A stretch of 64,000 nt of DNA. Origin: Octopus vulgaris (Eukaryota). Location: contig OX597836.1 of the NCBI GenBank assembly GCA_951406725.2, forward strand, positions 18,848,001-18,912,000, written 5' to 3'. The notes under the pieces are model-generated. The model saw only the letters and a program-made list of their open reading frames with translations, did not search any database and was not told where the DNA came from. A program made the position numbers and the translations under genes. This document shows positions 13,417 to 26,100 of this stretch, one piece after another (positions within the stretch are counted from its first letter, which is position 1; each line of letters begins with the position of its first letter).

Positions 13417-13650
13417 AAAGGCGGCGAAGAGGCAGATTCGTTAGCATGCCGGGCGAAATGCGTAGCCGTATTTCGTCTGCCGTTAGGTTCTGAGTTTAAA
13501 CTCCGCCGAGGTCGACTTTGCCTTTCATCTTTCGGGGTCGATTAAATAAGTACCAGTTACACACTGGGGTCGATATAATTGACTTAATCCGTGTATCTGT
13601 CCTTGTTTGTCCTCTCTGTGTTTAACCCCTTGTGGGTAGTAAAGAAATAG
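13417..13650 (+). mobile_element. Nin-domain SINE, full monomer with 19-bp TSD
   Basis: TSD gtatttgttttattttgtg at 13398-13416 and 13651-13669. Confidence 0.9.
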
Positions 13651-13729
13651 GTATTTGTTTTATTTTGTGTGTTTGCACTGCCCCCTAACATCTTAGGCCC
13701 TTACAGTCTATTAAAGAAATAAATGAATG

Positions 13730-14250
13730 GGCAGAATCTTTAGAGGGTCGAAAAGAGTGCTTAACATCATTCTTTCCAGCTCCTTACCTTCTGAGTTCAA
13801 ATTCCGCCGTGATTAGCTTTGCTTTTCATCCTTTCCGGGTCTATAAAATAAAATAAAAATTAGTTAAATAGTAGACGATAAAATAAAGGGTCGAAATGAG
13901 TGCTTAACAGCATTCATTCCAGCTCCTTACATTCTGAGTTCAAATTCCGCCGTGATTAGCTTTGCTTTTCATCCTTTCCGGGTCTATAAAATAAAAAAAA
14001 TAGTTAAGTAGTAGACGATAAAATAAAGGGTCGAAACGAGTGCTTAACATCATTCATTCCAGCTCCTTACATTCTGAGTTCAAATTCCGCCGTGATTAGC
14101 TTTGCTTTTCATCCTTTCCAGGTCTATAAAATAAAGAAACTAGTTAAGTAGCAGACGATAAAATAAAGTACTAGTTAGGTTTGACGTAATTGCCAAGCTC
14201 TCTCTCTCCCCACAAAATTTCAGGCTTTGTGCCTATAGTAGAAAGGATTA
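13730..14250 (+). mobile_element. Nin-domain SINE variant with three ~140-bp tandem internal units
   Basis: agggtcgaaa...ttctgagttcaaattccgccgtgattagctttgcttttcatcctttcc...gacgataaaataa repeated three times. Confidence 0.8.
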
Positions 14251-15051
14251 TTATTATTTACATACTGATGTTTCCATATGTATTTCTTTGTAATTTTCCT
14301 ATTTTGTGCTGTTGTTCTCCTTTTCTACATTTTCATCCATTTCTATTTCTTCATCATCGTCTTTATTTTCTTTCTTTCTTCTCCTTTTGTTTCTCTGTGT
14401 ATTTCTACTGTCGTTGTTGTTGTTGTTGCTGTTACTGCCGTTGCCTCTGCAGCCGTTCCTGTTGACCCTGCTGTTACAGAAGTCAGCCATTTGTATGCAG
14501 TTAGTGGTAAAGCCCTTGCATTAGGTATCTGAAGTGTTGCAGGATCTTTAGTCACTAGCTGCATAAGGATGGCACCGTACATCATGTGATACACTTGTCT
14601 TTTTGGAAAATCACAGCACACTAATATAGAAGCAGTGAGAGAGAGATAGAGAGAGATAAAGAAAGAAAGAAAGAAAGAAAGAAAGAATAGGGTGAGAGAG
14701 GAAAGAGGATAAGGTGAGGGAGGAGAGAGTATAGGATGAGAGAGACGAAAGGAGATAAAGAGAGAGTGGAAGGAGCGATTGTGTCAGGAAAATGGTTTAA
14801 ATTAATACGAGACGAAGAAGGTTACGAAACGGCTGTAATCATATTTAAGTCATGAAAAAATATTCAATATTTACCTTTCACACTTCTTGACTTTATGCTT
14901 TATTTAAACCTCACTGAAAAATTCATCGCTCGGATTTCTTGCGGTTTTATATCCACGGACACATTACATTACATCGTAGGTGATTCTACACGAAATGATC
15001 GCCGACTCCGAATGACTATTATACTATTCTGTTATGTGTGTATGTGCGCGC

Positions 15052-15088
<37 letters not shown>

Positions 15089-15179
15089 CATGTGCGCATG
15101 AGTGTTTATGGATGTATGCATGCATGCATGCATGTATGTATCTTTTATTTTTTAATTATTATAAATTGTTTTAATTATT

Positions 15180-15720
15180 ATAAATCTTCCAGTCAGGAGG
15201 GAGTCGGTTTTCAACATAGATACAAGGCTCCATCTTTGGGATGTAGTTAACCCATATATGCTCATAAAAAAAATGAAGTCTTAGGAATCGGTTATACATT
15301 TTGCAACAAATTCACGTTTGGAACTTGAGAAAAGTCTTGCATATTCTTACTGTTCCACTCACAGATTGAACCTGTAATGTACGAATAAGCCGGTCAATTT
15401 CTCTTTCTTAAAATTCCAGTTTATCTAGATTCTCCTTCAAGCGTTTACTAACAAAACCTAGTGCTCCAATTATTATTGGTATGAATATGAATTCATAATA
15501 TGGATATAGAAGCTGGAGGTTTCGAAGCAGTTGTCCATAGATAGCCTCCTTTTCTTTGATTTTCAAAGAGATATTTATATCTGCTGGGCAGGTAACCTCT
15601 CTGATGGTACCTACCTTTGCCCCTCTGTCCCAAGCAACAATATCCGGCTTGTTATGTTTACATTTGACAGAAGTTTTGATGGGAACATTCCACTAATGTT
15701 TCTTGAGTTGGTGTACTAAC
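15180..15720 (-). mobile_element. R4/Dong-type non-LTR retrotransposon 3' end (restriction-like endonuclease domain and 3' UTR)
   Basis: WNVPIKTSVKCKHNKPDIVAWDRGAKVGTIREVTCPADINISLKIKEKEAIYGQLLRNLQLLYPYYEFIFIPIIIGALG...SGTVRICKTFLKFQT* (KPD..E...K..Y RLE signature). Stop at 15312-15314. Confidence 0.85.
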
Positions 15721-15879
15721 CAGCATGTGTAGGATAGATCGGGCTATCACCTGAGTCCCACCACCTTCCTTTGGCCGGATAGGGCAGGCCTTATTTCTTT
15801 GTCTGGTGCTCATGGTGAAAGAGATTGTGTGGTAGACCAGGCTGAAAGGGGTGAAGACAGATACATTTCTCTTTGGCCA

Positions 15880-16175
15880 AGCTCTCAACTTTTTCACTAT
15901 ATTACGCCTCGAGGGCAGGTAGTATCACGTAGACATTTTGGAGCAACTGCTGATGATGTGAATGACATCTTCCACACTGGTATTGCAGAACCGATAATTT
16001 TTATCACAACATGGAGGTTTGGTGGTGCTCCAGCCTTAGGAATGTTATACTCGCTGTATGTGGCCGAGCATTATCCTGATGGAAGAATACCTTTCGTCTT
16101 GAAACCAAAGATGGTCGTTTTTTTTCAAGCGCTGACTTAAGCCGCTCAAGCTGCTCACAATAGATTTCCTTTGTT
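15880..16175 (-). mobile_element. Mariner transposase fragment
   Basis: EIYCEQLERLKSALEKKRPSLVSRRKVFFHQDNARPHTA. Confidence 0.85.
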
Positions 16176-16703
16176 ATCGTTTGGTGTGCGTGTGTGTGTA
16201 TGTGTGTGCATGTGTATATACACGTTTGTGCGTGTGAGTGTATGTGCGTGTGCATATGTGTGAGTATATGCGTGTGTATTTTGTGTGTGTGCATGTGTGT
16301 GTGAACGAGGAGTTGTGTAGTGGGTATAAGTGCGTTTTTTTGCACTCGTATGCATGTGCGTGTAGTTGTGTGTTACGCTTGTTTCATGCGTGTACATATG
16401 TATGTGCGTGTACGTGTGCGTGTGTATCTGTGTGGGTGTTTGCGCATTTGCGTGTATATACGTGTATGCGTGGGGTTGTGAGTGTTAGGTATGTGTGGAT
16501 TCGTGTGCTTATGAGCGTACGTATGTGTGCGCATGTGTGTGCGTGCGTGTGTGTGTGTGTGTGTGTATATGTGTATGCGTATGTGTATGTGTGTGCGTGT
16601 ATGTATATATTGCGTGTATTTATATGTATGTGTGTGTATGTGAATTTGTGTATGCGTGTGTGCGTGGGTTGTATGGGGTTTGTGTAGGCGTAAATATATA
16701 TAC

Positions 16704-16744
<41 letters not shown>

Positions 16745-16881
16745 TGTTCATACAAGATGGCATCTGCTGAATATAAATAAATGAATGAATAAATCTAGTT
16801 ATATAATATTGTTCATCCTCATGTACTTTCCTAATTGTAGACTAACAGGATTTCCCTACAAATCGCTTTCATGCGCGTGTG

Positions 16882-16945
<64 letters not shown>

Positions 16946-17004
16946 CACGTTTGTGCGTGTGAGTGTATGTGTGTGCATGTGTATATACACGTTTGTGCGT
17001 ATGA

Positions 17005-17040
<36 letters not shown>

Positions 17041-17041
<1 letters not shown>

Positions 17042-17189
17042 TAATTTATTATATAGAAGGAGCTTCTACAGGACTAGTACTGTTTCATTCAAGAGAAATC
17101 TTCAGGAAGCTCTGTCTGAGCTTCCTGAAGATTTCTCTTGAATGAAACAGTACTAGTCCTGTAGAAGCTCCTTCTATATAATAAATTAA
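17041..17189. repeat. Perfect fold-back palindrome: 72-bp arms, 5-nt loop
   Basis: 17041-17112 is the exact reverse complement of 17118-17189; loop tgtct. Confidence 0.95.
17118..17170 (+). ncRNA. Type I hammerhead ribozyme (mirror copy on - strand at 17060-17112)
   Basis: gagcttc CUGAAGA tttctcttgaat GAA ACAG tactagtc CUGU A gaagctc. Stem I 7 bp, short stem II (ttc/gaa), stem III ACAG/CUGU, cleavage triplet GUA ending at 17163. Confidence 0.75.
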
Positions 17190-17454
17190 TTTTACTCTGC
17201 TATGTATTGAGTACCTTACTTACTGTGGTTAACCCCGAATCAACCCGGGACCTACATATATATATATATATATATATACACGTTTGTGCGTATGAGTATA
17301 TATATATAGAGAGAGAGAGAGATAAGGAGGGAGAGGGAGAGAGAGAGGGAGAGAGAGGGAGGGAGGGAGGGAGGGAGGGAGAGGGGGAGACATGTATAGA
17401 GAGATGAGAGAGACAGGGAGAGAGAGAAACAGAGAGACAGACAGACAGACAGAC

Positions 17455-17518
<64 letters not shown>

Positions 17519-17567
17519 GTAGGTAGATAGATAGATAGAGAGATAGAGAGAGAGGGAGATAGGTAGG

Positions 17568-17691
<124 letters not shown>

Positions 17692-18333
17692 CAGAGGCTA
17701 AGAGAGAGAATGTGTTATAATATAAAGGATGATAGACCTAGAAGCAGTAATATCACTGAAAAAGAGGGAAAATATGGACAGAAATAGTGGAGACGAAACG
17801 GAGGCAAAAAGAAATTTCCCGCTACCGCCTACAAGAATGCCGCCATTTTGATTGTATGGCAACTGTAGATTTAATAAGGAGAAATGAGAAAACATAACTT
17901 TATATTCCTTTATTTGATAGAAACAGAAGCAACAAAGAAATTGTTGCAAATGTCAAACAAAAACGTTCAGGGAAATTTCTTAAACTGTGATTTTGTAATT
18001 TTTGTATTCACGCGTTTGCACTTATAGTGTTTCATACATGTTCGTTGTTTGTGTCTGTCTGTTTGTACATGTGTGAGTGTGCGCTCACACGCATGTGTGC
18101 GCTCACACGCATGTGTGCGTACGTATGTATATGTGTATGTGCGTATGTATGTATCTGCGTATATGTATGTCTGATTAAATAAGTGTATGTATCCGTGTAT
18201 GTGTATGCGTGTTTATACGTGTATGTATATATAAGTATGTATATAAGTATATATAATGTGTTTGTGTATGCGTGTTTGTGTGTGTATGTATGTATAATAT
18301 GTATGTGTGTATATATACACATGTAGTATGTAC

Positions 18334-18391
<58 letters not shown>

Positions 18392-18615
18392 CAATAGTAC
18401 GTTCCCATCTACCTAACTTTTGCGCCACCACTAAGAAGACTGGTTGAAAGGAAAGGAGAGAGAAAGCCAGAAAAGAAGGAAAATAAGGGATTGCAATGGT
18501 TACTGGTGTGGGGTGGTAGTACTGAATAGGTAGTGGGGATGGAGGGATGGTTGGATATCCTTATATATATATGTGAATAAAAGAGAGACATAGACAGACA
18601 GTCAGACAGACAGAC

Positions 18616-18706
<91 letters not shown>

Positions 18707-19689
18707 CGTAAATGTCGAACGATGAGAATGATTGCTCAACACTGCAGTAGTGGATAAAATTTCTTTATTTGTGTATTAAGGCTACCATTAGTTTCCCGTT
18801 AAGAAAAATATCTTAATATCTTAACAATTTTTCAAGCTGACTACGTGTTTGTCTCCATTTTGGTTGGAAACACGAAAATTCTCGGAAATTCACAAAAACA
18901 GTCTCGTAAAAAAAATTAAAATGCCCTTTGATTTCTTGTTTTCTTTACGGGACGTTTTTTGTGAATTCCCGAGAATTTTCATGTTTTCATTCAAAACGGA
19001 GACGAACGCCATTTCCCTATGTATTCGGCTTGAAACATTGTTAAGATATTACGATATTTTTCTCAACACAAAGCTAATGGTCACCTTAGTACACAAATAT
19101 AAATTGCAGTAAACCAATTCAGAAAAATCACTTGTGTCAGGACATGTACTGTGAAGGCATTCTTTCTATTGGGGAGGGGAACCTGAAATTTTAGCAGAGA
19201 GGATTTGACGATTACATAGATCCTAGTGTTCAACTGTTATTTGTTTTATCGGCTCCGGAAAGAGAAAAGGCAAAAGTCGAACTCAGCGGAATTTGAACTC
19301 AAGAGCGTAAAGTGGACGAGCATGCTAACGATTTTGCCAGCCCACCATCTTAATAATGATCCTTTCTACTATAAGCAGAAGGCCTGAAATATTTTGAAGG
19401 AGGGGTATAGCCGATTACATCGACCTTATTACTCAACTGATACTTATTTCGTTGACTCCAAAAGGATAAAATGCAAAGTCGACTTAAAGACGAACGTAAA
19501 TGCAGCTAAGCATTTTGACGGGCGTGCTAAAGATTCTGTCAGCTTGATGCCTCATGCACTTACTGTAAACTTATTGAGAGTGAGTGATATGCCTGTAGGC
19601 TGACAGTTCATTATTTTCCAGTATCTGTGGATTATTGGGTCGAGAGATCCAGTATTACGCAGACATTGGGTCATTGATATGGTTAAAAT

Positions 19690-19836
19690 TTTTCCCCCTC
19701 CTCTGCTCCACCGGTCAACCTCGAGAACAAAGAGAATTGCTAACAAGCTACTGCCTTGCAATATGCCTTTTTTTTGGTAATGTATAATGTCAGGCTTGGC
19801 TTGATTTAGATGAAGAAATAGTTGGATAATATTCAC
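19690..19836 (-). mobile_element. R4/Dong-like RT fragment
   Basis: IHYQKKGILQGSSLLAILFVL, i.e. the G..QGDSLS..LF RT motif. Confidence 0.55.
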
Positions 19837-19963
19837 AGTCGGGAAACCAGCCGGAATGTGTAATCTGCATGTGTGTGTTCAGTTGTTAGTATCGCACACC
19901 TAAGCGAAATATTAGAATATATATATATATCCATATATATAGGTATATGTATGCATATAGCTA

Positions 19964-20015
<52 letters not shown>

Positions 20016-20201
20016 AGTGACATCGTCCTTTATAAGACTACCACGTTATGTTGGCTTATAAACATTACTAACCAGTACTTTTACTGTATTTCTCTCGCTC
20101 AGAGATTTAAAACATGTTTTTCTCGATACGAAATCGGCGATTGTGTGTTGCATAAAGAATATAAAGTATTTTCAAGTGGAGATCGCTTTCGCCACTAGCT
20201 G

Positions 20202-20259
20202 GTGATTGTTTCACACTGAGGACGTTTAACATTCAGAAATCTAGGTCTGTGAATATCAC
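20202..20259 (+). ncRNA. Minimal type I hammerhead ribozyme-like motif
   Basis: gtgat..ttcaca CUGAGGA cgtttaacattca GAAA uCUAGg UC tgtgaa.atcac. Stem I 6+5 bp, palindromic stem III, weak stem II. Confidence 0.6.
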
Positions 20260-20423
20260 GTAAGGCTAGAGATGGAAACGATGACCTCCTTGCAAATGCT
20301 ATATATGGACACAGACTGTGTGTCATTAGCCAGCTGGAAAAGATGTTTTCCTATGGCTAAAACAACAGTAACATCGTCCTTTACAGGACTGCCACGTTAT
20401 GTTGGCATATAAACATTACTATA

Positions 20424-20830
20424 CTCTTTAACTCTTTTACTTGTTTTGGTCATTTGACCGCGGCCATGCTGGAGCACCACCATTTAATCGAGCAACTCAA
20501 CTCCGGGACTTATTCTTTTTGTAAGCCCAGTACTTATTCTATCGGTCTCTTTTGCCGAACCGCTAAGTAACGGGGACGTAACCAGCATCGGTTGTCAAGC
20601 AATGCTAGGGGGACAAACACAGACACACAAATACACACACGCATATATATATATATATACATATATACGACGGGCTTCTTTCAGTTTCCGTCTACCAAAT
20701 CCACTCACAAGGCTTTGGTCGGCCCGAGGCTATAGTAGAAGACACTTGCCCAAGGTGCCACGCAGTGGGACTGAACCCGGAACCATGTGGTTGGTAAACA
20801 AGCTACTTACCACACAGCCACTCCTGCGCC
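20424..20830 (-). mobile_element. OR-like tRNA/CORE SINE, full length
   Basis: Reverse strand: aggagtggctgtgtggtaag...ggttcagtcccactgcgtggcaccttgggcaagtg...(aaaagagt) tail. Confidence 0.9.
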
Positions 20831-21069
20831 TATGTATATAAACAGTGAATTAAATAGAGAGATACAAATGACGATCCAATAATTTATTTATATTATAATA
20901 TAACATAATATACTGTGAATATAATACAATATAACATAAACAGAGTTGTACTTGCATAGCGAGTGACTTGATCTGAGATCGTGTGCCGGAACGAAAAACA
21001 TTGCAGCGTGGAAGGTGTTTATAAGCCATTTAAGAAACACACAAAAACCGTTAGATTCACTTCAACATA

Positions 21070-21114
21070 GTCAAAATATTTTCGTCGCTTTGAGACCGCG
21101 ACCTGTTCACTGAC
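21070..21114 (-). ncRNA. Hammerhead ribozyme variant with a G3-C8 core pair
   Basis: Reverse strand: gtca GUGAACA g gtcgc ggtctcaaa gcgac GAAA auau UU tgac. Stem I 4 bp, stem II 5 bp, palindromic stem III. Confidence 0.6.
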
Positions 21115-22297
21115 AAAACTTCGTGCTGACAATTATTTAAAAAAACAAAAAAGCCAACAAATTGTTTCGACTTATATACATTTTTTTATATATAAACAAT
21201 TCAATTCCCTTATATATGAGCCTCAGCAGGGTAATAGGCGTGTAGAAAGACGGAATTCCGTGTGAAAGAATTTCTGGATTGTAAAATAATTAATTCAAAT
21301 GCCTACGTATTTTGAGCGTGTGCGTCAGCCATTCAACTATATATCAATGAGATTAAAAATTTAAAAACAACAAAATATAACGGACAAAATCAGTAAGTAG
21401 AATCCACAACTATCGAAATATATTTCTATATATCTCAAATAATATCAATCCAAACTCGTTTATGTCTAAGACAACCTTTTGCCTATAACATACAACAATA
21501 ATATATATGAATATAATTAAGTATCAGGGTCTTACTTAATCTAGAAACTGTAATAAAACGTGTAAAAATATATAAATGACAATTATATTTTTAATATATA
21601 ACTCTTCTGTTTATTTAAAGTTATTGATGTTAAAACGTTGCTTAAATAAACAATTAAAAGTTTATTGCTTATCGGAGGGAGAATTCCGTAATAAATATGA
21701 ATAGAAACTTAACAGGAGTGGCTGTGTGGTAAGTAGCTTGCTTACCTCACTACAGAAGATTTCGCATTTTCTCATGCTGATTAAAAGTCACGTCGTTCGC
21801 CGTGAAATACTGAAAAATTGAAGTATGACTACAGTTGTAGCTCGCTCTAGCGAACAAAACTATTGTGTTCTCGTCGCCATAACGGTGGACTGAGAATTTT
21901 TTGAAAACTTCTTTGGAGTAAAATTCAATGTGGCGTTCTTTCGCCAAATAACTTGTACGTTCTGCTGGGCGTATTTCGCTAGAAAAAGTGGTACCCTGTG
22001 GAGTTTACCTAACTGAAGTACTATCGAGAAGAACCCTGACTATTGGATTTACCTGTTGGAGTATTATACAAAAGGATTCCCTGTCTGTTCTATTTGTGAG
22101 GTTTTCTTTTTTCTTTTTTTCCCTTCTTCCATTTTTTCTTTCTTTCTAAATTTCAGTTCATTCTTTTTCTCATTATTTTAATTTCAGTTTCTTTTCCTCC
22201 TCTTTTATTTTGTTTTTCTTTTATTTTTATTCGGTTTTAATTTTTTGGTGGACTGTTTTTATGAACTGCTTTTAAACTGTTTTTTTTTTTTGGGATA

Positions 22298-22860
22298 TGG
22301 CAGAGAAGGAACTTAAAAAGAAGAACCCTGTCTTGGAGTGAGAAATTATCCCACCCAAGCAGTGCTTAAAAGATATGGAAGTGAGGATGGTAGTGGTTAG
22401 AACTTACTCTAAAGTTCTTGATATCATCACCGTCATCCCAAAAACAACTATCGAAAAAGAACTGAAAAACTATTTGTCCTCTCTGAAATACATATCCCGC
22501 GGTGTCAAGCATGCAACCGTATGGTTACTGTTTGACACACCGGAGGAGGCTCGCAATTTCGCGAGCCAGCCCTTGGAGGGCAACGAAATTCTATTCCTCC
22601 CGTCGTACTGTGGAAGGAAATTAATAAGAGCCTTGGTATATTGGTTACCCCCAGGCCTAGAGGCGGGTTGGATTGAAGATACCATCCGACGGGGACTGGG
22701 GGATGGCGGGCCCAGGCTCTTAAATGTAAGGGTATCGCCGGCGGTCGATTGGGAAGGGCCAAAAGCGATTTTGACCCTGTGGAACCCATCGGCCGCAACA
22801 AATCTGGTTTTTCCAGATTTTTTTTAAATGGCTAGCTGCAGGTATCCGGTGATACTTGAG
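22298..22860 (+). mobile_element. Probable LINE (L1/Tx1-like) ORF1 fragment after a U-rich leader
   Basis: 150-aa non-repetitive, GC-richer ORF (22375-22827) with an RRM-like pattern (WLLFDTPEEARNF...V.WLPP). No splice context fitting the host gene; broken frame at both ends. Family is inferred. Confidence 0.45.
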
Positions 22861-22871
22861 GGACGTTATTT

Positions 22872-23355
22872 ATATGATAAATGAAAGACGGAAGATACTA
22901 GAATTTTTATTATTAATCACGACAATTGTTTCGACACATCCAGCATCGATACCTCACGGGTGGGACACATAACAGCTGGTTCAGGAGCATCCGGCGATGC
23001 AAATGTTTATACACCCATATCTGTTAACGGTTATTTTTAATACTTTTCTCACTGTACTGCGTGTTCGTTTCTTTTTAGCATCTGTGATTTTATTTTTGAT
23101 CTTCTATATAAATGAAGATATTTCTTGCATTTTACTGCTTTTCTTTCTACGGAATGAGAACATACATTGCGGAACTGTTAATTTAACGAGTATCAATTTA
23201 TCACCCGATGAAACACATCTGCACCGCCGGATGCTCCTGAAGCAGTTGTTAAGTGCCCCATCCATGAGGGATCTAAGCTGGGTGTGTCGAAACAATTGTC
23301 ATGATTAATAATAAAAATTTTCTTATATTCCATCTTCCCTCTTTCATTTACCATA
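22872..23355. repeat. Diverged inverted repeat (~140-bp arms), PLE pLTR-like
   Basis: 22872-23010 is complementary to about 23212-23355 (e.g. gacaattgtttcgacaca / tgtgtcgaaacaattgtc; ttcaggagcatccggcg / cgccggatgctcctgaa). Confidence 0.8.
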
Positions 23356-23746
23356 TATATATATATATATATATACAAAGTGAGATATGGGTTATGAGTG
23401 GAACCCACTATGGGATATCATTTATCCAATATACTGCCAGTGAAGTACCCAGAAAGGCTAATACATAAATGCTAAGAATTGCAATGCAATTAATTCATTT
23501 ATTGTATTATATGGGCGAAGGTAAAATGTTTTACCTCAAATTCATAATACAAAATGAGAAAATGGAGGAATAGATTTCAAAAAAATCTCCATTTTCTTAT
23601 TTTGTATATATATATATATATATATATACATCACACACTCTCCAATTTTGGTCTCTCCGTCTTCCTTTCTCTCTAATCATTCAATCTATGTTTCACTCTC
23701 CCTCTTTCTCTCATTCTTTCTTTCTCTCTCTCTCTCTCTCTCTCAG

Positions 23747-23879
23747 ATGAAGATCAACGCGCTGACCTGTATCAAGAAATTACTGGACAGTCTAGACAAG
23801 ATGATTATTCTAGACGAAGTCCTACCCTTTCTCACCGAGATCTCCTGTCAGGACGCTGAGGTGGTCATGAGTATCGTCG
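23747..23879 (+). CDS. SCYL2: SCYL2-like internal exon C
   Basis: (CT)n tract then cAG acceptor, GTaaag donor (23880). 133 nt, phase 0-1. Encodes MKINALTCIKKLLDSLDKMIILDEVLPFLTEISCQDAEVVMSIV-G, matching the SCYL2 motif N.L.C..K.L..LDK...LD..LPFL..I. Confidence 0.9.
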
Positions 23880-23987
23880 GTAAAGTACTCCTCCTTTTTC
23901 TTATCTTCCATTTATGAAGTTTTCAAACATCTACATTAGCCAACACAAATACGTGCGCTTACATGCACATGTTTATATATATGTGTG

Positions 23988-24027
<40 letters not shown>

Positions 24028-24197
24028 TGTGTGTGTATGTATATATATAATTTAAAGTCTTTGTGAGATTAACTTGATACAGTCTTACAAAGTATAAAGA
24101 ACATTTTTTTCAAACGTTGTAAATTCTCTATCAGAATGTCATTAAACTTTTTGGAAGTGTCTTTCTAGTGTGTGTGAGCGCTTATATGTATGTATAT

Positions 24198-24298
<101 letters not shown>

Positions 24299-24329
24299 CA
24301 TACATATACATGTATATATATATATATAT

Positions 24330-24465
24330 TCTCTCCTTGTTTCTTTCTGTGTTCCTTTCTGTAGAAGAGCTTAGGCTCGAAACGTTAAAGACTTTTTCAC
24401 TACCCGAGCATTAAACTAATACATCTGTTTGTTTATACACCACCTGTCTTCGTCTTTTGAGATTT
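24330..24465 (+). mobile_element. (TA)n-associated short repeat with a hammerhead-like motif (family copy 1)
   Basis: cttt CTGTAGA a gagc ttag gctc GAAA cg TT aaag; homologous to 27232-27437 and 53865-54070. Confidence 0.7.
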
Positions 24466-25039
24466 TTTGCGAATTCGGTGCTTTCTTTCTTCAGTCGAGT
24501 TCCAGATTATCTTTGCAATTTCGGCTGAGTTATATATATATATATAACAAGCAAAATGCTAGTTCTAAAATCTTCTTAAGTGATCAACACAGTAGTTTTA
24601 CAGATAAGTAATATTCGTATCCACTTTAACATGGCTGTCCGTTCGAACAGACTCTACTGCAGTTTTTTTAAGAGTACATATATATGAAAATACTTAGGTA
24701 TATGATCGTACATACATATATACATATCTGTGTATGTGTGTATATATGTGTGTGCGTGTGTGTATACATATATACATATGTGCGAATATGTATATTTGTA
24801 AGTGTTTATGTATATATCTACATATATATACACATATATGTATATATGTGTATATATAGATATGTATGAGTGTATATGTGTGTTTATTCGAAAAGTATGA
24901 TTTACAGGCTGTTTTCCAATAAGTATCAACCCTACTCGTTTTTGCACATACACGTATAAGTAAACACACATATCTACATTTATGCGTTCATACATACAAC
25001 ATATATACATACATACAATGTTGATAAACTAAACTGTAA

Positions 25040-25408
25040 TGTCAGTTGTGCACGATCATAGGTGGAACCCAATTTCGATGTGGTTATACTACAAGAAAGC
25101 CTTTGACTCTGTCCCCCACTCATGGACACTAGAAGCCCTTCGATTTCGACAACATAGTCAAAGCTGACCTGACTTCGTTGTATTCCATCATCTTGAAGTT
25201 GAATACAAAGGGTAATTATATCATCACTGATAGAATACAGTATATTCTGTCCAAGGGGACAGCCTCTCTGTGACGTTGTTTATACTTTCTCTAAACCCTT
25301 TGACATTCATGTTGAGGAAGTCTGAATGGTATCTCACTGCTTCACAGGGAAACAAATACCAAAATAACACCCTGCTTTTTTGTGAATGACTTGAAACTGT
25401 ATGCCAAG

Positions 25409-25410
<2 letters not shown>
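25040..25410 (+). mobile_element. R4/Dong-like reverse transcriptase fragment
   Basis: YKKAFDSVPHSWTLEAL, QGDSLSVTLFILSLNPLTFML and FVNDLKLYAK motifs in order. Cut off by (TA)n. Confidence 0.85.
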
Positions 25411-25442
<32 letters not shown>

Positions 25443-26041
25443 AAAGGCAAAACAGGTTGCTTGACCGCATACCGAAAAAATAGAAATAGCAGTCAAGAAT
25501 GCTTATTTCTATCAAAGTTGGACTCCGGGCGTGACAGACCCTGTAATTCACATATGCAAAACAGAAGGAATAGATAACGAATACGAAGTCTGGCGGTTAT
25601 CTGTGAACATCATGTTTCTGGATTATAAACATATTGAATATATATTCCATATATTTTTTATATATATTTCATATATATTGCGTATATATTTCACATCCTT
25701 CTTCAGCACAGCTTTCCATTGAAAAAGATTTATCATAGATTTATCAAATGCTACGTACCTCAAACCTTCTGACCATGCGACATCAATATATTTGAAGAAA
25801 GTGAGCAAAGGTTAAACCTACATAGACGTTTGAATTCATAAATCTTCCCTCCAAAATTTTGCCATGCGCATTACAGTTAGGTTGTCAAAGGGAGTGAAAA
25901 ATCCCTTTTTCTTATATACAATATATATACTGAACTTTACAGAAGTTCCTGCCGGTAATCGGCTATATTTACATACCGAATTCTACCAGTAAATAATTGG
26001 GGTTTTTTTAAAAGCCTTTATAGAAATTATTTACTCTTATC

Positions 26042-26100
<59 letters not shown>

